A DNA stretch of 63,953 nucleotides from Minisyncoccota bacterium (GTDB lineage: Bacteria > Patescibacteriota > Minisyncoccia > Phycocordibacterales > CAINVO01): positions 1 through 63,953 of the forward strand of contig JAQTMP010000001.1 of the NCBI GenBank assembly GCA_028714275.1. Reading direction: 5' to 3'. The notes below the pieces were generated by a model that had not been told where the DNA came from, ran no database searches, and worked only from the letters and a program-made list of their open reading frames with translations. Shown here piece by piece: positions 16,979 to 26,683 of this stretch (positions are counted from its first letter, which is position 1; each line of letters opens with the position of its first letter). The position numbers were made by a program, and so were the translations under genes.

Positions 16979-17818
16979 TTATTTCTTACCTACCTTACGG
17001 CGAGAAACAATCAGCTTATTTGAATATTTCTTTGGGGTCCGAGACTTCTGACCCTTGCCTGTTGGCTTGCCATAGACTGAAATGGCTTTGCGGCGACCTC
17101 GTCCCTGACGTCCTTCACCTCCACCATATGGATGGTCAACGGCGTTTTGAGCAGTACCTCGGACCGTAGGACGGATACCCATCCAGCGACTGCGTCCGGC
17201 TTTTCCGTAATTTTGAAGACGGTTTTCATCGTTTGACACTTCACCAACAGTGGCCCAGCAATCCTCTTTAAGTTTGCGGACTTCGCTTGATGGCATTTTG
17301 ACCTGAGCGTAGCCTTCATCGTGGGCCACCACCTCGGCGTAATTTCCGGCAGAGCGGGCAATCTTGCCGCCGCCTTTTGGTTTGACTTCGATATTGTAAA
17401 CAAAAGTACCGACGGGAATATTTTTGAGAGGTAAACGATTGCCAGCTTTGATTTCAGCCTTTTCTGAGGCAATGAAACTGTCTCCGACTTTTAGGGATTT
17501 AGGCAATATAACATAACGTTTTTCACCATCCTTGTAAGTCACAAGGGAAATGAAAGAGGAACGGTTTGGATCGTATTCAATAGTTGAAAGAATAGCTGGT
17601 ATATCAAGCTTGGCATAAGTAAAGTCAATCTCTCGGAAACTGCGTTTGTGTCCTCCCCCTTTGTGTCGGGTGGTGACCACGCCCTGGTTGTTGCGGCCCA
17701 CTGCGCGTCGAAAACCGCCCGTCAGAGCTTTGTGGGGCTCAGTAGCTGTAATAATATCTCGATATGAGATGTTGCTCATTTGTCGGCGGGATGGAGATGT
17801 TGGTTTATAGCTTTTCAT
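16979..17818 (-). CDS. rplB: 50S ribosomal protein L2
   Basis: GRNNQGVVTTRHKGGGHKR...MGIRPTVRGTAQNAVDHPYGGGEG. Confidence 0.95.
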   Translation of the reverse strand: MKSYKPTSPSRRQMSNISYRDIITATEPHKALTGGFRRAVGRNNQGVVTTRHKGGGHKRSFREIDFTYAKLDIPAILSTIEYDPNRSSFISLVTYKDGEKRYVILPKSLKVGDSFIASEKAEIKAGNRLPLKNIPVGTFVYNIEVKPKGGGKIARSAGNYAEVVAHDEGYAQVKMPSSEVRKLKEDCWATVGEVSNDENRLQNYGKAGRSRWMGIRPTVRGTAQNAVDHPYGGGEGRQGRGRRKAISVYGKPTGKGQKSRTPKKYSNKLIVSRRKVGKK

Positions 17819-17855
17819 ATCGTTTAATTATTGTTTATTTGGTATTTTTTGAAAA

Positions 17856-18155
17856 TTAAATCAAATCAATCTTATCCCCTTTTTTCAAATACACGTAAGC
17901 TTTCTTAATGGCTTTAGTTGAACCAATTTTACCTTTGGACATGACTGTCTTGGCAGGCAAATTTACGATCGCCACTTTCAGAGGCGTCACTTTGTAAAGC
18001 TCAGTGACGGCCTTGGCGATGCTTTTTTTGGTCGCCTCTTTTTCTACCTGAAAAGTATAGACATTCTGAGCATCTACAGCGCGGCTAGCCTTTTCTGTAA
18101 TATGAGGCGTGCGGATGACTTGAGTTGCGTGTTTTTTGATAGAAAGTGATGCCAT
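17856..18155 (-). CDS. rplW: 50S ribosomal protein L23
   Basis: VIRTPHITEKAS...YTFQV. Synteny supports the call. Confidence 0.9.
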   Translation of the reverse strand: MASLSIKKHATQVIRTPHITEKASRAVDAQNVYTFQVEKEATKKSIAKAVTELYKVTPLKVAIVNLPAKTVMSKGKIGSTKAIKKAYVYLKKGDKIDLI

Positions 18156-18159
18156 AAAT

Positions 18160-18891
18160 TTATTTTTTTGTTGTTGCCTTCTTTGTGCTTGTTTTTGAAA
18201 TTACTTTTGTGGTGTTCAGATTTGCCTTTCCTGAAGCTTTACCTGAAAAAATCTTGATGGCCTCGGTAGGATTGGCGATGACAATATACTTGTACTGTAG
18301 GGCTGTCAATGGGTTGAGATTGCGCACCTCGTCGAGCTCGATGTTTTTGAAATTGGAAAAACCACGTTTGATTGAATCATCTTTTGTAGAGACTGCTACA
18401 TACGCTGTGTTGGTCTTCTTGGTGGAAATTTTTTCAAAACCCTTTATTTTTCCAAGATTCAGGATGACGGCCTTGGCTTCTTTGGCTTTTGGAGTGGCAA
18501 AATTGATGGCATCTACAAACATAACCTCACCGTCTCGAAGCTTTTGAGAGAGGATGGTGAAGAGAGCCTTTGATTTCATTTTTTTATTGACCTTGCGATC
18601 AAAATTTTTGTCGTTGCGAGGACCATGAGCGACACCTCCACCTACCCAGATAGGTGAGCGGGTGGATCCGTGTCGGGCGCGGCCAGTCCCTTTTTGCTGC
18701 CAAGGTTTCTTTCCCCCTCCCCGCACTTCACCCCGAGTCTTGGTGTGGGCGACTGGAGTACGCATATTGGTCTTCATTGAGTGAGCCACCTGGTGGACCA
18801 AGTCAGCATTCCAGGTCAAACCAAAAATCTCTTCTGGCAAGGTGATGCTGCCTGTTTCTTTTCCTGTTTGGCTGTAGATTTTTGTTTCCAT
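18160..18891 (-). CDS. rplD: 50S ribosomal protein L4 (Lys/Thr-rich C-terminal tail)
   Basis: TKTRGEVRGGGKKPWQQKGTGRARHGSTRSPIWVGGGVAHGP. Confidence 0.95.
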   Translation of the reverse strand: METKIYSQTGKETGSITLPEEIFGLTWNADLVHQVAHSMKTNMRTPVAHTKTRGEVRGGGKKPWQQKGTGRARHGSTRSPIWVGGGVAHGPRNDKNFDRKVNKKMKSKALFTILSQKLRDGEVMFVDAINFATPKAKEAKAVILNLGKIKGFEKISTKKTNTAYVAVSTKDDSIKRGFSNFKNIELDEVRNLNPLTALQYKYIVIANPTEAIKIFSGKASGKANLNTTKVISKTSTKKATTKK

Positions 18892-18900
18892 ATGTTTATT

Positions 18901-19503
18901 TTAGCCTTTGATTTCGACAAGAGTCCCTCGGCGGCCAGGAACTGCCCCTTTGATGAGCATTTCACCTTTTTCTTGATCGAAAGATACCACTGTGACATTT
19001 TTGATACTAATGCGATCCCCGCCCATTCTGCCGGCCATACGACGAGCCTTGAAGACTCGCTGATATCCAGCAGTACCAATAGAACCCGGCTCACGCTCTG
19101 AGTGTTTTTGACCGTGAGACCTAGGGCCTCCTTTAAAGCCGTGTCGCTTGACCACACCTTGAAAACCTTTTGATTTGCTAATAGAAGAGATGACGACCGT
19201 GTCACCGGCATTGATTTCAGCTGGTACTTTGTCGCCCACTTTGAGCTCACCAGCTGGACCTCGCACTTCTTGGAGAACGCTGAAGTTTCCGAGATCTTTT
19301 ATGTGTCCTTTGACTGGTCGACTGATACGCTTTTCTTTTTTGCTGCCAAAACCAACCTGGACAGCCTCATAGCCGTCAACTTCTTTGGTCTTGACCTGAG
19401 TCACCACCACAGGACCTGTCTTGACGACGGTGACAGGATAAACCTTGCCTTCTTCATCGAAGACTTGAGTCATATTTACTTTTGTTCCTAGTGTGAATTT
19501 CAT
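18901..19503 (-). CDS. rplC: 50S ribosomal protein L3
   Basis: GKSKGFQGVVKRHGFKGGPRSHG...FKARRMAGRMGGDR. Confidence 0.95.
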   Translation of the reverse strand: MKFTLGTKVNMTQVFDEEGKVYPVTVVKTGPVVVTQVKTKEVDGYEAVQVGFGSKKEKRISRPVKGHIKDLGNFSVLQEVRGPAGELKVGDKVPAEINAGDTVVISSISKSKGFQGVVKRHGFKGGPRSHGQKHSEREPGSIGTAGYQRVFKARRMAGRMGGDRISIKNVTVVSFDQEKGEMLIKGAVPGRRGTLVEIKG

Positions 19504-19539
19504 GGTTTTGTTTTCGTTCAGTTTGGCTGAATATTTTGC

Positions 19540-19935
19540 TTACATCATCTTGACATCAATGGTCACGCCGGAAGGCAAACTCATGTTGGTCAAAGCTTCA
19601 ATGATTTTGGGTGAAGGATTGACAATATCAATCAGACGCTTGTGGACACGCATTTCAAACTGTTCTCGCGCATTTTTATACACGAAGGCCGAGCGATTGA
19701 CTGTATACTTTTTAATTTCGGTTGGCAAGGGAATAGGTCCAAGAATTTTGGCATCATAACGAATAGCCGTATCCATGATTTGTTTGACCGAAGCATCTAG
19801 AATTTTTGATTCGTAGGCTCGGACCCGGATGCGAAGCTTACCAAAACCTTCAGGCGCTACACCTACTTCCTTTTTTGAAGCTTTCGGTGCCTTTGGTGTC
19901 TTTGGAGCTTTCTTTGATACCGTTTTTGTTGCCAT
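19540..19935 (-). CDS. rpsJ: 30S ribosomal protein S10 (Lys-rich N-terminal extension)
   Basis: LRIRVRAYESKILD...GPIPLPT...FEMRVHKRLIDI. Confidence 0.95.
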   Translation of the reverse strand: MATKTVSKKAPKTPKAPKASKKEVGVAPEGFGKLRIRVRAYESKILDASVKQIMDTAIRYDAKILGPIPLPTEIKKYTVNRSAFVYKNAREQFEMRVHKRLIDIVNPSPKIIEALTNMSLPSGVTIDVKMM

Positions 19936-19989
19936 TTTTTTAATTTTATTTTTACGTATTATTTTTTACGTATTACGTATTTTACTTAT

Positions 19990-21180
19990 TTAGGCGATGA
20001 TTTTTGTAACCACTCCGGCTCCCACTGTCTTGCCTCCTTCTCGGATAGCAAAACGTGTCTGAGCTTCTAGAGCTACTGGGGCTACAAGCTTGACCTTGAA
20101 TGTAACTGTATCTCCTGGCATAACCATTTCTACACCCTCTTTCAAAGTCACTTCACCTGTAACGTCAGTTGTACGAATGTAAAACTGTGGCTTGTAACCT
20201 GAGAAGAAAGGAGTGTGTCGTCCACCTTCTTCTTTTTTCAAAATGTAGACTTCTGATTCGAATTCTGTGTGAGGAGTCACTGTACCTGGTTTTGCAAGTA
20301 CCTGACCGCGAGTGATATCTTCTTTCTTAAGACCTCGGACCAAGATACCGGCATTGTCTCCAGCGAGACCTTCGTTGAGCTGTTTATTGAACATTTCAAT
20401 ACCTGTGACTGTTGTTTTAGCTGTTGGCTTGATACCCACAACTTCAACTTCTTCACCCACTTTTATCATACCTCGCTCAATACGGCCTGTAACCACAGTA
20501 CCTCGGCCTTCAATTGAGAAGATGTCTTCAACCGGCATAAGGAAAGGCTTGTCAGTATCTCGGACTGGCATTGGAATATAGTTGTCGAGAGCATCAGCAA
20601 GCTCGAGAACTTTCTTTGACCACTCATCATTGTTGTCCTTGGCTTCAAGAGCCTTGAGAGCAGAGCCACGGATCACAGGAGCATTTTCGTCAAAACCTTG
20701 CTTTGCGAGAAGCTCACGGATCTCAGCTTCAACGAGGTCGATCATGTCTTTGTCGTCAACCATGTCGCACTTGTTCAAGAAAACGATAATCTTTGGCACA
20801 CCCACCTGTTTTGCTAGAAGAACGTGTTCACGAGTCTGAGGCATAGCACCATCAGTAGCGGCTACCACGAGAATAGCGCCGTCCATCTGAGCGGCACCAG
20901 TAATCATGTTTTTAATATAGTCGGCGTGACCTGGGGCATCAATATGAGCATAGTGTCGAGCATCAGTAGAATACTCGTTGTGAGAAAGAGCGATAGTAAT
21001 ACCGCGAGCTTTTTCTTCAGGAGCTGAGTCAATTTGGTCAACACCCTTGAGTTTTACATCTTTACCTGCGCGACTGAGAACGTTCAAAATAGCCGCTGTA
21101 AGAGTAGTCTTGCCGTGGTCAACGTGCCCAATGGTACCTACGTTAACGTGTGGCTTTGATCGATCAAAAATTTCTGCCAT
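19990..21180 (-). CDS. tuf: Elongation factor Tu
   Basis: [21 protein letters not shown] and NKCD GTPase motifs. 396 aa. Confidence 0.98.
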   Translation of the reverse strand: MAEIFDRSKPHVNVGTIGHVDHGKTTLTAAILNVLSRAGKDVKLKGVDQIDSAPEEKARGITIALSHNEYSTDARHYAHIDAPGHADYIKNMITGAAQMDGAILVVAATDGAMPQTREHVLLAKQVGVPKIIVFLNKCDMVDDKDMIDLVEAEIRELLAKQGFDENAPVIRGSALKALEAKDNNDEWSKKVLELADALDNYIPMPVRDTDKPFLMPVEDIFSIEGRGTVVTGRIERGMIKVGEEVEVVGIKPTAKTTVTGIEMFNKQLNEGLAGDNAGILVRGLKKEDITRGQVLAKPGTVTPHTEFESEVYILKKEEGGRHTPFFSGYKPQFYIRTTDVTGEVTLKEGVEMVMPGDTVTFKVKLVAPVALEAQTRFAIREGGKTVGAGVVTKIIA

Positions 21181-21370
21181 ATGTTTTAAAATTATTTATA
21201 ATTATTAATAAATTTTGCTAACAATTTTTGCACTGATGCTGCAAGTTTGGCTTATTTCTTGTCTCTTTCGTAGACAAAAAAAGGCGCAAAACGCGATACG
21301 GGTCATCATAGCAAACCTTGTTAGAAAGTCAAATCTTAAAGCCCTTCCTGCGTAATTATCTTTCTTACAA

Positions 21371-21483
21371 GCAAGCCTGTAGGTGACCTTTTGAGGAACT
21401 CACGGAGGACGACGGTCCGAGTGGGAGGAAAAAAGTCAGCAGACTTTTTATCCGTGTCCGAAAAAGGTCACCTACAGGCTTGC
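21371..21483. repeat. Hairpin element family C, copy 1 (perfect 22-bp stem, 69-nt loop with conserved 58-nt core)
   Basis: Arms are 21371-21392 and 21462-21483. Imperfect complementarity continues outward to about 21352/21497. The core recurs at 27324-27381. Confidence 0.85.
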
Positions 21484-21525
21484 CTATAAGAGAATTATGA
21501 GTAGTATGTCTTTTAGAGAAATCAA

Positions 21526-23214
21526 ATGCCCTTTACATCAAGAAAGGCTGAAACTATGCAAAAAGTGAATATTTTGCGGCCGGTGATAAAAATCCTGGCT
21601 TTAGGGCCAAAAGGTAGCAATGCCCATAAGGCGGCGCGCACTTTTGCTCGAAGCCATGGACTGAAAACCTCCGGCTATATGGTGGTCTTTTGCAAAAACC
21701 ACCGCGAGCTTTTTCGAAAATTTACGAGGGAAACCTGCTTTGCTATCGTCCCTGTCGAGAATTCAATTCACGGCAAGGTCAAAGGCGTTGCAGGGGCTCT
21801 AAATCGGGTCACCAGAGAGTACAACGCTTTTGAGATGCGCCGATTTACCAAGCAAATCAAATATTGCCTGGCTACCCGCAACGGATCCACTGTCGAAAGG
21901 GTGATTTCTCACCCCCAAGCCTTGGGTCAATGCAGCGAATTCATCCAAAAAAACTGCTTCGGAAGAAGCAGGGCCCCCTCAACCTCGGCAGCAGCAGAAT
22001 TGGTGGCTAAAAGTGAAAAGCACCAAGCCTATGGGGCTATTTGCTCCGAAGAATCAGCGACTGAAAACGGCTTGTCCATTCGGGCAAGAGACATTCAAAA
22101 TCCAAAAAACCGGACCACCTTCGCTGCCCTTTCCCACGTCAACTCCATTGCATCCAAAAAAATCGCCATTTACGGTGGAAAGGGTGCCTTTGGAAGGCAA
22201 TGGGCCCGTCGACTCAAGGATCAGGGATGCACAGTCAGTTGCATCGAAGTGGAAACTCCTGAGGAAACTCAGAAAAAAATAGTAAAGGAGAGCGATGTCG
22301 TCATGATTAGCACTCCAACCCTAGTTTCCCCTTTGATTGCCAAAAGGCTTGCCCGCTGGCTGAATAAAAAACAGCTGGTGATCGATCTGACGTCCGTCAA
22401 GGTGCCGGTCTGTCGTGAGCTCACAAAATCGCAGGCAGAGTTTGCCAGCATCCACATGATGTTCGCTCCTTCGGCCAAAAGCTGGAAAGGGCAAAACATC
22501 CCGGTGTGCAAAGTGCGCATCTGCAAATGGAAAAAGTGGCTCAACGAACTTCTTAACTCCATAGGGGGGAAGACTGTCCCAACGACTCAGGAAAGGCACG
22601 ACCGGATTGCGATGATAGTCCAGCAGCAAGAGCACTTCCTGACCAAAGTAAAAATACTGGCAACCATTGAAAGCGGAGTCTCTATCAAGGAGATCCTGGC
22701 TTTCGCTAGTCCCTTTTACCAGCCGGGAATAAATCAGCTTTTGCGGTTTCTAGCCAAGCCGACCGGCATTTATACCGACATGCTCGAGGCAAATGAAAAC
22801 ACACCTCAAATGCTGAGCAACCTGCGTCGGGCCTTTAAAAAGCTCGACCTCATGGTGAAAAACAAACGGTCGGAAAAGATTAAACGGGTCATTGCAGATG
22901 CTCGGACGTATTTTGGAAAAAACACCATTCGTGGTGGCGACCAATATTCGGAAGAGCTGATCGCTGACATCGCCCGGAAGGATCCAGACGAGGTGGCGGT
23001 AATTGAGTTTACCGACAAAGAAAACCAAGCTGGCCTGTTGGCGGGTATCGCCAATGTTTTCAAAAAGTCCAACATCAATCAGTCGGGATTTAAGTACCGC
23101 CAACAAGGTCGGCGGCATCAATTCCTGATCTGTTTTGATGATCCCAAGGATCATCCGGTGATCCAAAAGGCCCTAGCTGTCATCCGACAAAAGTACGGAT
23201 GCCGAGTGGGGTAA
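21526..23214 (+). CDS. Fusion protein: prephenate dehydratase-like domain + prephenate/arogenate dehydrogenase (TyrA)-like domain + C-terminal ACT-like domain
   Basis: The N-terminal part has ILALGPKGSNAH, VPVENSIHGKV, ISHPQALGQC and NRTTFAAL (PDT-like). The middle has IAIYGGKGAFG Rossmann, DLTSVK, HMMFAPS and ERHDRIAMIVQQQEHF (TyrA-like). The C-terminal ~70 aa look like an ACT fold. An alternative start is MQKVNIL at 21556. Confidence 0.7.
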   Translation: MPFTSRKAETMQKVNILRPVIKILALGPKGSNAHKAARTFARSHGLKTSGYMVVFCKNHRELFRKFTRETCFAIVPVENSIHGKVKGVAGALNRVTREYNAFEMRRFTKQIKYCLATRNGSTVERVISHPQALGQCSEFIQKNCFGRSRAPSTSAAAELVAKSEKHQAYGAICSEESATENGLSIRARDIQNPKNRTTFAALSHVNSIASKKIAIYGGKGAFGRQWARRLKDQGCTVSCIEVETPEETQKKIVKESDVVMISTPTLVSPLIAKRLARWLNKKQLVIDLTSVKVPVCRELTKSQAEFASIHMMFAPSAKSWKGQNIPVCKVRICKWKKWLNELLNSIGGKTVPTTQERHDRIAMIVQQQEHFLTKVKILATIESGVSIKEILAFASPFYQPGINQLLRFLAKPTGIYTDMLEANENTPQMLSNLRRAFKKLDLMVKNKRSEKIKRVIADARTYFGKNTIRGGDQYSEELIADIARKDPDEVAVIEFTDKENQAGLLAGIANVFKKSNINQSGFKYRQQGRRHQFLICFDDPKDHPVIQKALAVIRQKYGCRVG

Positions 23215-23260
23215 AAACCTTCGCGCAGGAGGGAGGGCGCGATAAAAAGTCAAAAACAAA

Positions 23261-23302
23261 ACGGCGTGCTGGTCCAAGGGGACCTGCACGCCGTATTTTT
23301 TT
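23261..23302. terminator. Bidirectional rho-independent terminator between convergent genes
   Basis: 15-bp stem acggcgtgctggtcc / ggacctgcacgccgt (1 central mismatch), loop aagg, then T7. There is an A-run on the other side. Confidence 0.7.
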
Positions 23303-24005
23303 ACTCAAACTTCAACTGTCCCGGCCACTGCTTTTCGACAATGCCGACAATATCCCCCCATACGAATTCGCACGGAATATGCTTACCCGCTTCCAGGATG
23401 TCGTCGCCGATAAACACCAAGACCTCAAGCGAATAGGGTTCATTTGTGGAGGAAATCCAAGGCCGATACACGAACATTGAAACCCAGTTGGTTGTACCTG
23501 GACCCTCGCCGATATTGCCATGACGGAACTCTCGGTTTTTCAAAAAAAAGCCCTCTGTCGGAAAAACAATCGAGCCGCCTTGTAAGCTAGGCGGATGAAT
23601 GGAGGGCTTACCCGTGAGCTGCCCAAGATAATATTCGACTTGGGGCCTTTCACAGGTCTGATATTCTCCACTGCCCAGATCGAGACTCAAGCTTTCAATC
23701 GCCACCACCAGGACGAGCTGCCCAGGCTTGCTCGCGATCTTTTCCTTAAGAGCCGCCACAGCTTCCTCCTTTTTTTGGTCAAAACCGTAAAAGAACTGAA
23801 ACTGCTTGACCAGATCTTCACCGGGGCCCCCGCTGGCTTCGATCTGTTCGTGAGCACAGGAGGAAAAATGACTGAGCACTTTTTCCAAGCGCCTAATCCG
23901 ACCCGCATGTTTTTTTTCTTCGATGGAGATTTCCACCAAGACTGAAGCGTGCCTTCGCCGCAAGGCCTCGATCACAGGATCGCTACCATTAGAATTTTTT
24001 TCCAT
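23301..24005 (-). CDS. Hypothetical protein
   Basis: 234-aa ORF with protein-like composition. No motif recognised. Confidence 0.5.
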   Translation of the reverse strand: MEKNSNGSDPVIEALRRRHASVLVEISIEEKKHAGRIRRLEKVLSHFSSCAHEQIEASGGPGEDLVKQFQFFYGFDQKKEEAVAALKEKIASKPGQLVLVVAIESLSLDLGSGEYQTCERPQVEYYLGQLTGKPSIHPPSLQGGSIVFPTEGFFLKNREFRHGNIGEGPGTTNWVSMFVYRPWISSTNEPYSLEVLVFIGDDILEAGKHIPCEFVWGDIVGIVEKQWPGQLKFE

Positions 24006-24264
24006 AAAATTTTCAAATCTAAAGCAAGACTAGTCCAAAACGTCCATTTTTGCAACATCCCTTATGTCTAATCTGCCTCTATTGACTTCCCCTGTTTCAG
24101 GAAGGCAAGATCGCCTGCCTTTATTATGCGGGACGCTTCCTTGGAAAGGGTTGCGGAAACTTCGATGAGTTACGCACCTCCTACAATCGGTTAGTGGATG
24201 AAGCAACAGGTGCCATCGCCGGTGGCTCATAATTGTTGCTGCTGTGGAAGCCAAAAGCTCAAAC

Positions 24265-24307
24265 AAAATCGGCCGCACTTCAATGTGTGCGGCCGATTTT
24301 TTCTTTT
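24265..24307. terminator. Rho-independent terminator hairpin (aaaatcggccgcac / gtgcggccgatttt)
   Basis: 14-bp perfect stem and 8-nt loop, with T-runs on both strands. It lies about 40 nt beyond element B2, downstream of fusA. Confidence 0.65.
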
Positions 24308-24347
24308 CCAATTTTAAAGTATTGTAGAAAATAGAAATAAAAAAACA

Positions 24348-24405
24348 GGAAGGCCTCTCGAACGGGTTAGCGAGTCATCGAGCGCTTTAGTGAGAGAGGC
24401 CTTCC
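24348..24405. repeat. Hairpin element family B, copy 2 (12-bp GC-rich stem flanked by A/T runs, 34-nt conserved loop)
   Basis: Arms are ggaaggcctctc (24348-24359) and gagaggccttcc (24394-24405). The loop matches copy 1 except for 1 nt. It ends 6 nt from the fusA stop codon. Confidence 0.85.
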
Positions 24406-24411
24406 TTTTTT

Positions 24412-26556
24412 TTATTTGCTTCTATTTTCTACAATAGTCTTCTCCACATTTGGAGGGACCACATCGTAGTGGTCAAATTCCATGGTAGCTGAACCTCGTC
24501 CAGCGGTCATAGAACGAAGAGAGGTAGTATAGCCGAACATTTCTGACAATGGCACCATCGCCTTGATGGCTTTATTCATACCGCGATCTTCCATGCCTTC
24601 GATCTGAGCCCGCTTGGCTGAAAGTGAGCCAGTGATGTCTCCCATGAACTGTTCTGGGGTGACCACTTCTACCTTCATGATCGGCTCGAGGATGACAGGG
24701 CGAGCTTTTTTAGCGGCTTCTTGAAAGGCTTGAGAACCGGCAATCTTGTACGCGATTTCGGATGAGTCCACATCGTGATAAGAACCAAAGTTCAAATCAC
24801 AAGAAACGTTGACCATTTTAAATCCAGCCACAATCCCGCGCTCCATCGCTTCGCGAACGCCTTTTTCAACAGCAGGAATAAATTCTTGAGGAATAACCCC
24901 TCCTTTAATATTATCGATAAATTCAAAGTCATCGTAGCGCTTGACATTTTTTGGCACTTTGGCGCCCTCTTCCAATTTTTCAAGAGGTTTGATAGCAATT
25001 TTGACGTGGCCATACTGACCTTTACCTCCAGACTGCTTAATATATTTGTGTTCTGCTTCCGCACTGCCAAGAATAGTCTCTCGATAGGCCACTTGAGGTT
25101 TACCCACGTTGGCTTCTACGCCGAACTCACGCTTCATACGATCCACCATGATTTCAAGATGAAGCTCACCCATACCTGAGATGATAGTTTCCATTGTTTC
25201 GGGGTTGGTTGAGATGCGGAAAGTTGGATCCTCGTCTCCCAATTTTTTAAGAGCCATACCCATTTTTTCTTGATCCGCTTTGGTTTTTGGTTCGATACGG
25301 AGGGAAACCACAGGCTCGGCAAACTTAATAGGGTCGAGCACAATGGGATGATTTTCATCACAAAAAGTATGGGAGGTTTTGGCTTCCTTTAGACCTACAG
25401 CTGCCGCAATTTCTCCGGCAAAAACCTTTTTTACTTCTTCACGCTTGTCGGCTTGAAGGCGCACGATACGGCCAAGACGCTCCTTGTTGCCAGTGGTCGA
25501 GTTGTATAAATATGAGCCGGCTTCGACAGTCCCTGAATAAACACGGAAGAAGGTAAGCTGCCCGACAAACGGATCTGATTGGAGCTTGAAAGCCAAAGCA
25601 GCAAAAGGCTCGCTGTCAGAAGCGTGGCGAACAATCACATCTCCAGTGTTTGGATCGATACCTTGGATTGGGGGAACATCAAGAGGTGAAGGAAGATACT
25701 CCACGACGGCATCAAGGACAAGTTGAACCCCGCGATTCTTCAAAGCCGAGCCGGTAAAGACTGGGAAGATTTTGTTGGCAATCACTCCTTTACGCAAAGT
25801 TGCTTTGAGTTCCTCAATAGTAAACTCGCCGCCTTCGAGGTAACGATTCATCAAGTCTTCATCGAGCTCAACGATCTTTTCAACAAGCTCGGCGCGATAT
25901 TTTTTGGCATCTTCGAGATGAGTAGCTGGGATTTCCATTTCGCGGACATCAATACCCATATCTCCCTCGAAAGCGTAGGCCTTCATTTTCAAAAGATCGA
26001 TAACAGCTTCAAATTTGTCTTCTTCGCCAATAGGCAGCTGCATCCGGACAGCACTTTTATTGAGACGGTCAAGAATAGACCTGAAGGAACGTTCAAAAGA
26101 ACCTCCTGTGCGGTCAAGCTTGTTGATAAAACAAATGCGGGGCACATGATACTTGTCGGCTTGACGCCACACTGTTTCAGATTGAGGCTCTACTCCGGCC
26201 ACACCGTCAAAGACCACCACCCCTCCGTCGAGCACTTTGAGAGAACGCTCCACCTCCACGGTAAAGTCCACGTGTCCTGGTGTGTCAATAATATTAAAAC
26301 GATGTTTCTTGGACTGGTCCTTGCCCATATAGCTTGGATTCCAAAAACAGGTAATAGCAGCAGCTGTAATAGTGATGCCTCGTTCTTTTTCCTGTTCCAT
26401 CCAGTCAGTGACAGCTTCACCTTCATGCACTTCACCAATCTTGTGGCTCATGCCTGTGTAATAAAGAATGCGCTCAGACGTAGTGGTCTTGCCAGCGTCG
26501 ATGTGAGCAATGATACCAAAGTTTCGGGTTTTTTCGAGTGAATAGTCGCGTTCCAT
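24412..26556 (-). CDS. fusA: Elongation factor G
   Basis: [20 protein letters not shown] and NKLD motifs. 714 aa. Confidence 0.98.
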   Translation of the reverse strand: MERDYSLEKTRNFGIIAHIDAGKTTTSERILYYTGMSHKIGEVHEGEAVTDWMEQEKERGITITAAAITCFWNPSYMGKDQSKKHRFNIIDTPGHVDFTVEVERSLKVLDGGVVVFDGVAGVEPQSETVWRQADKYHVPRICFINKLDRTGGSFERSFRSILDRLNKSAVRMQLPIGEEDKFEAVIDLLKMKAYAFEGDMGIDVREMEIPATHLEDAKKYRAELVEKIVELDEDLMNRYLEGGEFTIEELKATLRKGVIANKIFPVFTGSALKNRGVQLVLDAVVEYLPSPLDVPPIQGIDPNTGDVIVRHASDSEPFAALAFKLQSDPFVGQLTFFRVYSGTVEAGSYLYNSTTGNKERLGRIVRLQADKREEVKKVFAGEIAAAVGLKEAKTSHTFCDENHPIVLDPIKFAEPVVSLRIEPKTKADQEKMGMALKKLGDEDPTFRISTNPETMETIISGMGELHLEIMVDRMKREFGVEANVGKPQVAYRETILGSAEAEHKYIKQSGGKGQYGHVKIAIKPLEKLEEGAKVPKNVKRYDDFEFIDNIKGGVIPQEFIPAVEKGVREAMERGIVAGFKMVNVSCDLNFGSYHDVDSSEIAYKIAGSQAFQEAAKKARPVILEPIMKVEVVTPEQFMGDITGSLSAKRAQIEGMEDRGMNKAIKAMVPLSEMFGYTTSLRSMTAGRGSATMEFDHYDVVPPNVEKTIVENRSK

Positions 26557-26683
26557 TTGAAATAAATATTGTTAAATGATAATAGTGATGATAAATATCG
26601 ACTCTAAAATAGATTGAAAGTCGTGGTGGTAAAATAGCACTATTTGGGGAGTTTGGCAAACAAAAAATTAAAGGGACCGTAGG

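Noticed and set aside
24120-24240. Possible fluoride (GGCGAUGG...AACCG) or SRP-RNA-like (GGAAGG) motifs in the 24.0-24.26 kb spacer
   Set aside because: Only short word matches exist. The required P1 pairing (GGCG/CGCC) and the downstream conserved segments are missing, and the downstream gene is not a known regulon member.
24030-24311. 93-aa minus-strand ORF upstream of the 234-aa hypothetical gene
   Set aside because: It has an Arg/Cys/His-rich implausible composition. It spans a terminator hairpin and structured non-coding sequence, so it is treated as a leader or ncRNA candidate instead.
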